From Thelocarpon superellum (taxonomy: Eukaryota), in the NCBI GenBank assembly GCA_026025795.1, contig JAPEUG010000063.1, positions 1 through 61,201 on the forward strand: a DNA stretch of 61,201 bases. The letters are read 5' to 3'. The first letter of the stretch is position 1; each line of letters opens with the position of its first letter. The position numbers were made by a program, and so were the translations under genes. The notes under the pieces are model-generated. The model ran no database searches, had not been told where the DNA came from, and worked only from the letters and a program-made list of their open reading frames with translations. Of this stretch, positions 37,509 to 48,844 are shown in pieces.

Positions 37509-38368
37509 TAGTTCTGCACCGGGGGAGTGTCCGGCGTCCGGCGCGAGCATCTGGACATGGGTGTGCCGCGAGTAGAGAGCTTGGGGCATGCGCCCCGATC
37601 AACGGCGCTTCCTGACTGATGCCTGTTCATCGAGCCCCGGTCCTCTCCTCACCGTCATTCTCCCACTGACATGTAGCGCCAGTGCAGCAAAGGGTCGGGC
37701 AGGTTCAAGTGGTAGCGGGGATCTGGCCGTTCGCTTGGAAGAGTTGACGATGTTTGGACTCGCTTACGAGCGAATGAGGGGGGCCCCTGGTCTACTGTCA
37801 TCCTCCCACACCTCCGCCCCAGTTATGAGCTGCAGACGAAGAAAGCTTGTCGCCGATTGACCATTTACGCCCCCAACCAGCCGATGACTCAGGGTCGTGA
37901 AGGCAGTGCCCGCCATCGGCCATCAGCCAATTCTCATCTACCACTTCTCCGTAGATGGGACGCATCTCGCCGGCCTCATCACCCTGACGGCCTTGGTGTC
38001 GACACGATGGAGCACTAGTTTGGTGTGCTACGTCTACTCATGGTGGCAGGGCGCTTTGCTTCCATCCTGCTGCAACCGTGCTGGTCAAGACACTTTGTAC
38101 CACGCCAGGTGAGGCGAACATGGCACGAAACTGCACCTGGCCCAACGGACTGGCCAGCGCCTAGGCCAGTGATGGACGGAAGTGCCCATGCGACATCTCG
38201 AGTGCAGAGATTATTCGATGACCAAGCCAAGCTAGTATGGACTGGCACATGGCTCATCAGATGGTTCCAGTGATCCTTACACTGGGAGTGACTCAGGGCG
38301 TGAGGTGGGCGGTGCTGGTGCTGGTGCTGGTGCAAAGGACGCAACAACATAGCTACCTACGACCAAAG

Positions 38369-40766
38369 CTAGGTAGCTCTTGGTCTTGCATCTCGCGCAG
38401 GAACACAAAGGGACCTTGGTTGTGCATCATCACAAGGATCCCTCCGCCATCCTACTCCGTCGCTCCCGTAACCCACGATATCTCCCCCTCGGAACTTGGC
38501 CATGGCTTCCACGGCATCTCGGATAGACAGGAACTCGATGACGCCAAACTTCTTCTCAACACTCTGGACATATCGCCTCCCATCCATGCCCAGCGCTACG
38601 CTGGCGAGCGGTTTGCGCAGACGCCATTTCATCTCCTCGGCGAATTGCTCCTTCTTCATTTCCAGCGGGATCTTCAGGATTTGCAACTCCCGTGAAATGC
38701 CTTCGTTCTGGAGAATCTTGATGGCTATGCGCCGTTGGATAGGATAGATGGCTTGCCTCTCGTTGCCCCCGTACCACTCAACGTCGATCTGGTGCTGCCG
38801 AAATGCGTGTGCATCTCGTCGTCGAAGACTCTGAATATGCTCGACAAAGTCCTCGGCCTCGCTAGGAAAAACGAAGACGACGAGCGCCATGCGTCGGTCG
38901 GGATGAAGTTGCACCTCTTGGATCACGCCGCGGAAAATCCGCGAGACCACTGCGTATGGGCTGAATTGGACGAGTTGGTGAAGGGTGACGGACACGATCC
39001 TTCCCCGCGTTGCAGACAGCATCTGCATGATATCGAACTTATGCGCAAGATCCTCATTGAACTCCGTCTTTATCGAGGCCTCGATGTCTCGGAGCTCGGT
39101 CAAGTCTGGGTCTGGCCGGATGTTCGCGGTGTGGGACGTGAGGGAGGTCCCCTTTTGAGCATCGCTGGATACGCGACTGGACGAGGGTCGTGGACCTCTC
39201 GTGCGGCATAGATCCTCTGCCACCGATGACGAAGCCCGAGCGCTTACAGAGATATCCGGGGCTCCTTCCCCATCATCCTCTGAAGCGGCGGTGCTTAAAA
39301 TTCCTGTGACCCTAGCTTGATTCCACCAGCGGACACGTTCGACGCTGACTTTCTTCGTGTAAACCTCGGGCATGGCCTCCAAGTCGAAGACGTCGGCGGC
39401 GAATGCCCCGGGCCCGAACTGGTAAGTAAGCTCTAGGGGACGCCGCTTGGCACCAAGCGCCTGCTTCACGCCGGGATTCATGGCGTCCCATCTTCGCTTC
39501 TCCCGCGTGGCCCGGACTATCTCTTCATCCCGTTGTTTGATCAGCGCCTGTCGGTCTTCCACCAAATGCTTCTTCATGGGTCCCAAGTCCCTTCCGATGT
39601 AATTGCCATATCGATCTTGGTGCACACCGCGGTTGTCTCGCGCAGGATGCAGCGTCTTTACTACCTGCCCACCGCGGATGATCTTCATCGAAGACGCACT
39701 CAAAGCTATGGGCATGATAGCTTTGTTCCTCGTCTCGAAAAGCGACCTTGGCCGCACCCGTTCCTGCAGGACCTCGCCAATTGGCCGGAATTTATCTCGA
39801 ACCGTGGGGTCCACGTCGAGGTCAGGGTCCTCATAGCGCGGGTCGACCAGAGGCGGGCCGTCCCATCGATCCGTCTCTGGGCCATTGTCGTCTGCCGCGT
39901 CTCTTGCTGCGTCGCCACCCCGGCCCATGTCCCATGGACTGGGCGACGCATCAGATGGCGTAGATTGAGCCATACGCTGGCGGTCACTGTGCCAGCGCGA
40001 GTCATACGCACGCTGTTTGTCGTCTGGGTCAATGGTCGTCCAAGCTCCACTGAGTTCTGCGTCCGCCTTTTCCTTCATCAGGGTGTATTCATCAACTGGC
40101 GCCAAGACCCCGAGTGGATCGTAAGGGTCAACTCTTCGTTTCTTGAGCGCTAGTCCGGGTGCGAATGATCGCGCGACGGCGGTGGATGGGCCTCCACTCT
40201 GCCAGCCCGAGGTCGCAGACGTGGTGTTGGCGCGATATTCCATTTGCTGATTCGATGCCGACGTCCAGTTCATTGAGGGTCTGCGTTGGCCTTGGCCATA
40301 GGCGCCTGAGTTATACCAATGTCAGCAATGCTCCAGAAGAGCGTCCTGTGGCCCTACCGTGAAACGAGTCCTTGCTGCTGACCCCGATCTTGCTGTTCTC
40401 CTCCCTCTCGTCCTGGCCTTCCCCATGAGCCGTCGGGAAGATACCTCTCTCCTCGGACCCATCCATCCCAAATCCACAGTGGATTGTCCCGAGACTTTCT
40501 CGCGCTTGTTGCTTTGAATTATAAGCAAAAGGCTGGTATCGAGCTTTTTGCCATGATTTCTGTGTCCAGGCTGCCGACTCTAGAACCGCAACATGTTCTT
40601 GCCGCTCCTTCAGGGCAACTTCAGCTGCTCTTCGAGCTGCCTCCAGTCGTGACATGTGCTCATGGAGCCTCGGTGAAGCTTCCGGGTCTCGTGCATGTTT
40701 CTTGAGAAGTTGTCCCACAGTGAGCTCACAGTATTCCTCGCAGCGGCTGACCAGGCTGTCTTCCAT
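38369..40766 (-). CDS. Uncharacterised protein with N-terminal coiled coil and two divergent C-terminal RRM-like domains; exons 40766-40358, 40305-38369 (5' end uncertain)
   Basis: 634-aa ORF joined in phase to an upstream exon through a GTAGGG..CTGAC..CAG intron. RRM-like segments RIVSVT..SRIFRGVIQEVQL..ALVVF..AEDF and SRELQI..GVIEFLSIRDAVEA..WRRDPCD. Confidence 0.7.
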
Positions 40767-42294
40767 GGTCTGAAGCTCTTGACGGTGGACGACGAGGAGG
40801 TCTTCGAGTCGATGCTTCGAGTGGCATTCGAGAAATGCAAGAAGCGATCGAAACGGAAAGCGTGTGGCTCGATCTCGAGGGTTATTGATCACGAGCTACT
40901 CAAATGGCGTGTCGGTGACTTGCTCGACATAACCGATGATGATTGAGCACGGCCTTATGTTGGGCCTGTCACGACGATACTTGTCAGCCACATCACTACC
41001 AAAGGTGAAAGGAAGATCTCAGCGCTCACAGATTGATGTCAAGAAGTAGAGAGTCCAGGAAGGGCACAAATAGTGAAAATGCAGAGTCGGCGGTGGGTAC
41101 AGGACTTTCCGTTTGCAGCCGACAACGACAGACTATGCTGTCGGTGAGCCTGGCATGTGTAAGGTAATATGCGACGACGCTTCCAGGTTGTGGACGTCTC
41201 ATGGCCAGATGAGGCCTTACAGACTACGAAATTTTTGCCGGGTGACGCAAGGTCAATCCGCGCAGGAAGGTGCCCAGAAGCGTGTCACGTTTCATTCTCG
41301 TAGCGTAGAAGATGAGCCTGAAGGAGAATTCCCCTCGAACGTGGCTGCTTCATTCACATCCTTTGGCGATCGATTAGTGCTGCTTTGGATGGTGTGCGAT
41401 AGACTACTTCGACATCTCATATACTCCTTCTCACAGCTCCTTCCATTTAGCATATGTGTATCGTCAAATGCTCCTCGTTGCAGTGCTCGGAGAAGAGGAG
41501 GCTCGAGTTCGCGCACTCAACCCCCCTCACAACTCAGATCAGGAGCGGGAATTTTGGAGATCCAGATGGGTGCATCAACTGTCAGGTGGGGAGCAGCTCT
41601 GGGGCCAATCACGATCATCATGTAAACCTTCCACCGCAAGGAGGGAGGGTTTTCATCGGGAAGGGGCGAAATTCCCGACCAAAGCCTCTGCCAATCCTCA
41701 ACTCTGAAATCTCCAGCGTGTCTGAGGCCTGTATGATTGTCAAGATTCATTGCTATGATGAGGTGTGGGGTACAAATTGAGATAATCCACATCCCTCTCT
41801 CAGACGGAAGTGGTCAACGCCTGGCACAGTAAACGTCGTTCTGCCACAGGAAGAACAAGTGCTTTCGGACGTCATGACGACGAGTATGATAAGCAAAACA
41901 CTGCCATTAGCGTCTAGTCGCATCATTTCTTCCACTAGTTCAGTGGTGCTATCCAGAACAGCGGCAGCAAAATGCCAATCCGACCCAGACACTCCTTGGA
42001 GTCAAGGCTCATGAGAGGACGGGGGGTACTCAGGAAAACTGTCCAGGGACGCGGCGTCGGTGACGAGATCGAGAACTGAGACGACGATGCTGACAAACAG
42101 GCCCAAATAGCTGTCGCACCGACGGGTTGCACAGATCAAAGGTCCAGCGCACCTCTCTCAAGGCCACACCATTCCGTTGAGAAGTGAGCCTCATCCGCCC
42201 CACCATCCAATCCACGTTCCATCACAGCGCCGACTCATCCCTCGCTGGCCGAGCAATCGTGCGTTGAAGGAGACCTTGGAGACCGTCAGTCGTA

Positions 42295-42374
42295 GGGTGT
42301 GGGGTGTGGGGCGTGGGGCGTGGGGCGTGGGGCGTGGGGCGTTGGGCGTTGGGCGTGGGCGTGGGCGTGGGGGG
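42295..42374. repeat. G-rich (GGGGCGT/GGGCGT)n tandem repeat
   Basis: About 12 G-tracts of 3 or more G separated by CGT/TGT linkers. Confidence 0.92.
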
Positions 42375-43393
42375 TTAAGACCAGCGCAGGGTGGTGGGCC
42401 CGTGGAGCCGTGGGACCGTGGGGTAGAAAGTTGGGAGCGGCGTTGGGGTCCCCCCTGCGAACACCCGGCGCTGCGCGGCCCAGCCAAGAGGCGATGCTGA
42501 CGGTGATGAAGTGGCAGTCCATCGTCGGCCCTCGTAGACACCTGCTTAGTTAGCGTGACGACGTTGCACCAACTCTTCTCTTTAAAGTCGCACAGGGCCG
42601 CGCTCGGTATGACAGGAGGTGGTTCTCGCCGGAGAAAACATGTTCTTTGGGACGCTACGCCTCCTCCGGACCCTCGGGGCGGACGATCCGCGAGAAGATG
42701 AGCGTTTGGGACCATGTTGTTTGCTCTTGTCATGCTTCCACGGTCATGTTCAAAGCACGGAGATCGCCTCCTGCTATTCCACTTTGAGATCTCTACGCAT
42801 TGTACACCTTTGCCCAATCACGGGCTCGGGTAGCACGGGTCAAACACGTTCGATTTCTCGTCCCTCGGGGAATCTGAGGTGCTTCCGGTGTTGATGCTGG
42901 TGGTCGTCCTTGAAGCGGGCCACTTCAGAGGTGGGCCCAGGAAGACCTCAAGGGAGCCCCGAGGGAGGCTGTCCCTTGGTAATCAGAACGGAAGCTTGCA
43001 TGCAGTAAAATTCACCCTCGTTGCCCAGTACTACCTCAAGCAGAGTTCGACGTGCTTCGATCCTGTTGCCGGATCTGGTACGAGCATCAATCTCGGGGCA
43101 TCATCCTCTCTCGTCAACTTGGTTTGCCCATCATTGCAGGTCATGTCGGACAGACTGACAGCGACGGAAGACTTGTCGTCCTTGTTTCTCTCGCGCCCCA
43201 TGACAACCGGCCGTGCAAAGCTTGAAGACGTCAGGGTCGAGGAAACTCGCAAGGTATAAGAGGCGGGTCCAGTCCATGGTATCTCGACCTTGTCCACCCT
43301 GCACACTCTCAAGCGCCCTCGCACTCGGCCGTGACTCTTCCCATAGAAGCCACTACCTGTCCCCAAGATCTTCCGCCCCATCTTCCCTCCACC

Positions 43394-44881
43394 ATGCCTC
43401 ATCAACTGCAGGTCTATGACCACCACCGGGGCCGAGTGAAGCTCATCACCTGGGATGGGTCGGAGAAGTTCTACGAGAGCACCATCCGCAAGTATCTACC
43501 CATGCTCTGGACTCGCCTTGTTCAGGTTGACCGGCATCGCCACCTGGTGGAAGATCTCACGCAGTACGACGTATGCATGGACGAGATCGGCCGTCGCTGC
43601 CTGGCCCGACTTCTCCACTACCTCATCGACCTTGAGACCAGCGGCGGCCATTCCACAGTCCTGATCGAGTATCTCGCCAAAGCCTTCCAGCAGTCGCTGC
43701 TCACGTTCGAGGACAGCCGCTACTCGCAGGGCATGATGAAGATCACCCGCACATTCTACACGTTCGGCACCATGTTCGACCATCGCCACTTTGGCTGCAA
43801 CCGGACCATCTACTCGGCCATGGAGGGTTTCTTCATGCAGCGCAGCCGCGAGCTCTGCCAGCTCCTCGCTCCCCAGGAGCTGATGGTCTATCTGACGACG
43901 CTCGACGGGATGCGCGGGCCCATGGACAACGTCATCGCCGCGTTGAAGCTGTCCTTGGGCGCCGGTCCCCGCATGCAGGCCCTGCTGGACCTCACGCGGT
44001 CATACCCGGCCTATCTCCATCCGGAGACCATCGAGGCCCTTCACTACAGCGCCACCGACGGATACGGCAAGATGGCGCTGCTGCCCTACAATCACCGCGG
44101 GGCTCTCACGCGCTATGGAGATCCTCGCATGACGTCGGACATGGGGGTCGGCCGGGGAACAATAGGTCGACTTGGCGGACGTGACCACGATAGAACCCTG
44201 ATCCCACGCTCCTTCCTGCCCGCTCACATGCGAATCAACGGCCACCGCTATCGATACAGCCAGAACGCGCCTTCGGGCTACGTGTACGCCATCCCCCGGA
44301 GCAGCGCTCACCATGACGGGCTCGACGAATCAAATCGTCTTTTCCGCGGTGGGCGTCATCTCTCATCTAGCTTGGGTGCACCGGTCGCTCACGGAACTCG
44401 ATTCCAGGACGAGGCTTCGGATTCTGAGGGACTCGGGCGGCCCTTGAGCGCCCTGCCGCTGGGCGAACGTCATCATCATCGCGGCAGCAGGGGTCTCGAC
44501 GACGGCGCCTACGACGACTATCCTGCTCACGCTGCTTCGTCCTTGTCCTACGAGAACACGAGCCGTGGGCGCAGCTCAATGCGCGCCCAACCTAGCCATA
44601 CCCGCGCGCCGTTTATGTCTCAAGCTCGCCACACTCTGGACGGCACCATAGAGTCGCAGCCCTTCACGCAGCAGCCAGTGGGGTACAGTTCTGGCAGCGG
44701 TCACGAACCTGGACACGGATACGGCCAGGGTTATGGCCATGGGTATGGCCAAGGCCGGGGGCGCGGCCACCGCCGCAGTCTCTCCTACTCCGACCTCGAG
44801 TCCTTTGCCACCGGTGTCTTGGACGACGTGACGCCGCGTCTCATGCGGCGGGGAAGTGACCCGCTTTACTACCACGACTGA
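43394..44881 (+). CDS. Uncharacterised intronless protein: helical N-terminal domain plus Gly/His/Tyr/Ser-rich disordered tail
   Basis: 495-codon ORF with ACC-ATG start context and strong C/G third-position bias; no confidently recognised family. Confidence 0.75.
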   Translation: MPHQLQVYDHHRGRVKLITWDGSEKFYESTIRKYLPMLWTRLVQVDRHRHLVEDLTQYDVCMDEIGRRCLARLLHYLIDLETSGGHSTVLIEYLAKAFQQSLLTFEDSRYSQGMMKITRTFYTFGTMFDHRHFGCNRTIYSAMEGFFMQRSRELCQLLAPQELMVYLTTLDGMRGPMDNVIAALKLSLGAGPRMQALLDLTRSYPAYLHPETIEALHYSATDGYGKMALLPYNHRGALTRYGDPRMTSDMGVGRGTIGRLGGRDHDRTLIPRSFLPAHMRINGHRYRYSQNAPSGYVYAIPRSSAHHDGLDESNRLFRGGRHLSSSLGAPVAHGTRFQDEASDSEGLGRPLSALPLGERHHHRGSRGLDDGAYDDYPAHAASSLSYENTSRGRSSMRAQPSHTRAPFMSQARHTLDGTIESQPFTQQPVGYSSGSGHEPGHGYGQGYGHGYGQGRGRGHRRSLSYSDLESFATGVLDDVTPRLMRRGSDPLYYHD

Positions 44882-46556
44882 TGATGATTTCCTTTGACAT
44901 GTCCACATCTCTTTCTCAATCTTCTGCTTACTCACTTCCATCTCCTTGATGAACCTAGATCTCGTGTTTAATCTGCTTCGTGACTGTTCATCTGTCTCTA
45001 TCTATCGAGCCCGACCGGCGGCGACGTGACGAGCGATTCGAAGTGAATTGAGTTGCTTGAGTTGGATTGCAGCTTTCCTCAACCCCTACTCCTTTTCCTT
45101 CTCCTCTTTCATTTCTTCCCAGAACGTTACGTCTCTTGTGGACTCAATTAACTTGCATTGGTTAGGTTGCATTAGTTAGACTATCATAGAGTCAAATCTG
45201 AAAAATCTGCACAGCACATGGTTCGCTGCGCAACATGGAATAGAATGGAACAAAATGTGACCGGATGGGTAGGATAGGGGATAGTCACTTTTAAGTTGGC
45301 TTCAAATCATATCATACTATACCATACATCACAGCAACGCATGGCATAGCATGACACAATATAACATGCACAGCACAGCATAGTATAGCATGGCAGATCA
45401 AGCAAGAACATTCACGTAACCCCGGGATCACTTCCTCTCGATCGAACCACGACGCATGCACACGCGCATACGCACAGCACAGCAGAGGTATGTCAGATGC
45501 GCAGGAAAGCTTCGATTCGCATAGATTCGCACCCTCTTTGGGCTCCACCCAATCGCTCTCGCTCCCACCTTCACGGCCCTTCTCCTCGGACCTCCCCCCG
45601 TCTTTCCGGGCAAGAAAGTGGGAGAAATCCAGCGCAAACAAACGCAAGAGAAGACAGGGAGGATGACGCAGTTGCAGAGAGAATCGCAACGACAAACAAA
45701 ACCGCCCCGGAACCGCAGCCAAACCCGCGCGGCCTTGACCACGCCCAGCCAAACCGTGCTATGCGATATGCTAGATCAAAAGACGACCACCCCAAGCCCA
45801 GGACCGGGCCCGCTCCGCCCCCCCAGACAGCCCGTTTTCCCCCGTGTCCAATCAATGAGAGAAGGAATGTTTGCCCCAGAGCGAACCAATCCTGTGCGAT
45901 TCGCAACCTGCGATGGACAATCTGCGATCTGTACTCGTCGGTTCCAGCGACGAGCCGCGCTACCATGTAACCGCACGACAAGATCAGAAGGATGGATGAT
46001 AGAGGAAAATGAGAAGAGGGATTACAGATTATCGCACGACAAAGGAGACGGCGAGATGAAGGAAGAGCGCGGTAAGCGCCAAGGCAAGATCCAAGCCAGG
46101 ATAAGGACAGACGAGGGTCCGCCACCCCTTCGCAGCGGACGAGGAAAGCGATGGGGAAGTGACGGGGGAACGCGGAGGCTGATGTTACATTGCCTGAGTC
46201 AACGACGCAGAAAAGTGGGGTAGCAGCGGCGGGAAGAAGGAAATTCGTGTTTCGCGTGACAGAACCCGGTTCCCAGGAATGAAGAAAGAGGGTATGATCC
46301 GGAACGCCACTTGGAATGCTCGCTGCCAGAGAATGCACGCTTATATATCCACAGGGAAGAGAACTCCGACGTCGCCAGGTGCACGAATGCCCATGGGCGC
46401 CGACCAGCGGAAAACGTGACCACGGCGTGGGCCCTCGTGGATCTGTCTCGTCCACGCCATGTTTCACACGCTGGCCACGCACCCAAGCTGGCTGGATGCG
46501 TCTCGCTTAAGCCAGAATCTATCGCCGACCGTCCACATCGTCTGGCGGTGAGTCGA

Positions 46557-48844
46557 CTAGATCCGGGACATCGGGTGGGGGGGGTTCGATGGGCCCGGAA
46601 GGCTGGGGTCGCCCATGGCACTTCGCGGGTAGTAGAGGTGGTGTGCCTCGCTCGGCGTGGCGGTGCCCGGATTCGCTTCCATGTAGGCCGACAGATCCCA
46701 ACCACCACGGCTGGTCGGGACGCTGCCCGCCGGATGTTGGGGCGTCGCGGCATACGGACCCGGCTGTCCCCAGCGCGTCGCCGGGATCGATGGCTGAGGG
46801 AGGGGCGGGATGGTCAATCGCAGGTCCGAGACCTCGGCCTTACCGCCCGGAAGTCGGCCGACCGGGGTTGCGCCGGAGGCGTCCGCGAGGTAGAGGTGCG
46901 ACGGGCCGGCGCTGGACATGCTCGGGGGGGTCGACAGCTCTTGCCCCGGGCCACTGTCAAGGAAATGAAATCCTCCCGATCCCGTCTCGTCATAGCTCGC
47001 GGATGGACCGGTGACCAGCGCGCCCGCGGTCGAAGAGTAGCTGGCCGACTAGGACCCATCAGTATCGCGCCGTCTTGGGGGTGCCGAGCTCTCCTACATA
47101 TTTGCCAATGATTTTCTTCAGCGCGTGCGCCAAAATCTTCCACGGGAAGACCTTGACATCCTTCTCGATGTTCCGCGGCTTCGGGTTTGGAAATCCCATG
47201 ATCACCTTGAAGAAGTTCTCGCTGTCGGGCTTCGCCTTCGACACCGTCAACGGTCGGAAGCCTTCGAGGTTCCGCCGAATCCGGTTCTTCTCCTCCACCG
47301 TGAAACGAACGGCGACCAGCGACTCAAGCAGGTAGATGGTGTCGACGCTCGTCACGAAACACTCCTCCTTCTCCTCCCACAAGATGCAGCTGATGCAGAT
47401 GCTCTGCGACGGCCGGTCATCTTGGCCGATCGGCTTGAAGGAGGTGTGGATCGTGTTGCCGCTCTGCTTCCGCCGGAACTGCACCAGGCGCCGCTTGGCC
47501 GCCGTCTCGTCCGGGGTCCAGTCATCCGCCATGCTGTCGAGGTCTCCACGGATGTCGAGCACCGCCTTGTGCGGGTACATGGCATACGGATTAAAGGCCG
47601 ACCCCGCCTGCATCGCGCCCGTCGCCGCAGCCGCCGGCGACGGCGGATGCTGCAGGGTCGATGTGCGGATCAGCGGTGGGTTGGCCGCGTTCACAGGCGA
47701 GGGGATTGTGGCCAGCGTCGATCGGGTCGAGATGGACGTCGTCGACAGCCGCGGGCTACGACTGGTCTGCGAGCTCATCGACGTGTACGACGGGCTCCAG
47801 GACGGCGTTTGCGGCGACGGTGCCTTCAAGCTGGGCTGCCGCACGTGCACTGGCTTCGAGTAGCCGTAGCTGAGTTGCTGGGGTGAGGCGTGCGGTCGGT
47901 ACAGCCCGGGTCCTGGAGGCCGCTGGTCGTAGCGTCCTTGGATGGGGTACGACTCGGCGGCGCTGCTGGCGTGCAAATACGGCGAGAAGGGCGGGTTCTG
48001 CACCGGCGTGTAGGAGAAGGTCGGAGCCTCCTCTCGACTGGGCATCCGCATGTGTTGCGTCGACGTGCGTTTGACCGGGGCGTTGTCGGAGTCCAGGTTT
48101 TGAGAACTCTTCCGCTTGCGCGCGGCGGTGTGCGGAGAAGCATAGACCGGAAGCGCCGGCTTGCTGCCCGCGTACGAGAACTCGCCCACCTCGACCGTGC
48201 CCAGGGCCTGACCAGCCTCATCCTCCAGACGAAGATACAGCGCCACCTCCGGGTCCACCCAACCCGTCGCCTCAAATCCTGGTGCATCCGCCGTCACCAC
48301 GTAGCGGAAGAATTGGTCGGTCGATGCGAGCTCGGCGATGGTGCTGGCACATATCTTGGTGCCGAACACGAGCAACAGCGAGACCGCCGGCGCCGTCGTC
48401 AGCGGATAGGTCGAGTAGACGTACACAAACAATTTCGTGCCCGCGCCTCCTTCGGGAGGGCTGAAGGACTGGATTTGCGGCGGCGGCCGCGAGCGCAGAT
48501 CCACAAAGGCTGGACCGGTTGCCCGCGGTGGTGGAGGTTGGGGTTCTTGAAAGGTCAACCGGGGCTGATACGAGGGGTCGATGATGACCGGCGGTGCTTC
48601 CGCATCCTCAACCGCTGGCTCCGTGCCCTGGGCGAATTGTGACTGGGAGCCGTATCCCGAGGGAGCGTAGAGATAGGAGTCATCCTGAAAGGACGACGTT
48701 GACGGATAGCCTGTCCATCACGGAGGGCCGTTGGTCAGTCACGGGTCCCCTTACGGCGCTATGGCGCTGCCGGACACCGGGCACGCGAGGGGTGGACAGC
48801 TCACCTGGAAGGTTGGTCTGGAAGGATTTCCCGTGTTCCGACAT
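46557..48844 (-). CDS. medA: Medusa developmental regulator; exons 48844-48805, 48710-~47099, ~47049-46557
   Basis: Conserved core RRLVQF..CISCILWEEK..VTSVDTIYLLE..FTVEEKNRIRRNLEGFRPLTVSK..FFKVIMGFPNPKPRNIEKDVKVFPWK..ALKKIIGKY/SASYSST; introns are phase-compatible. Confidence 0.92.
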
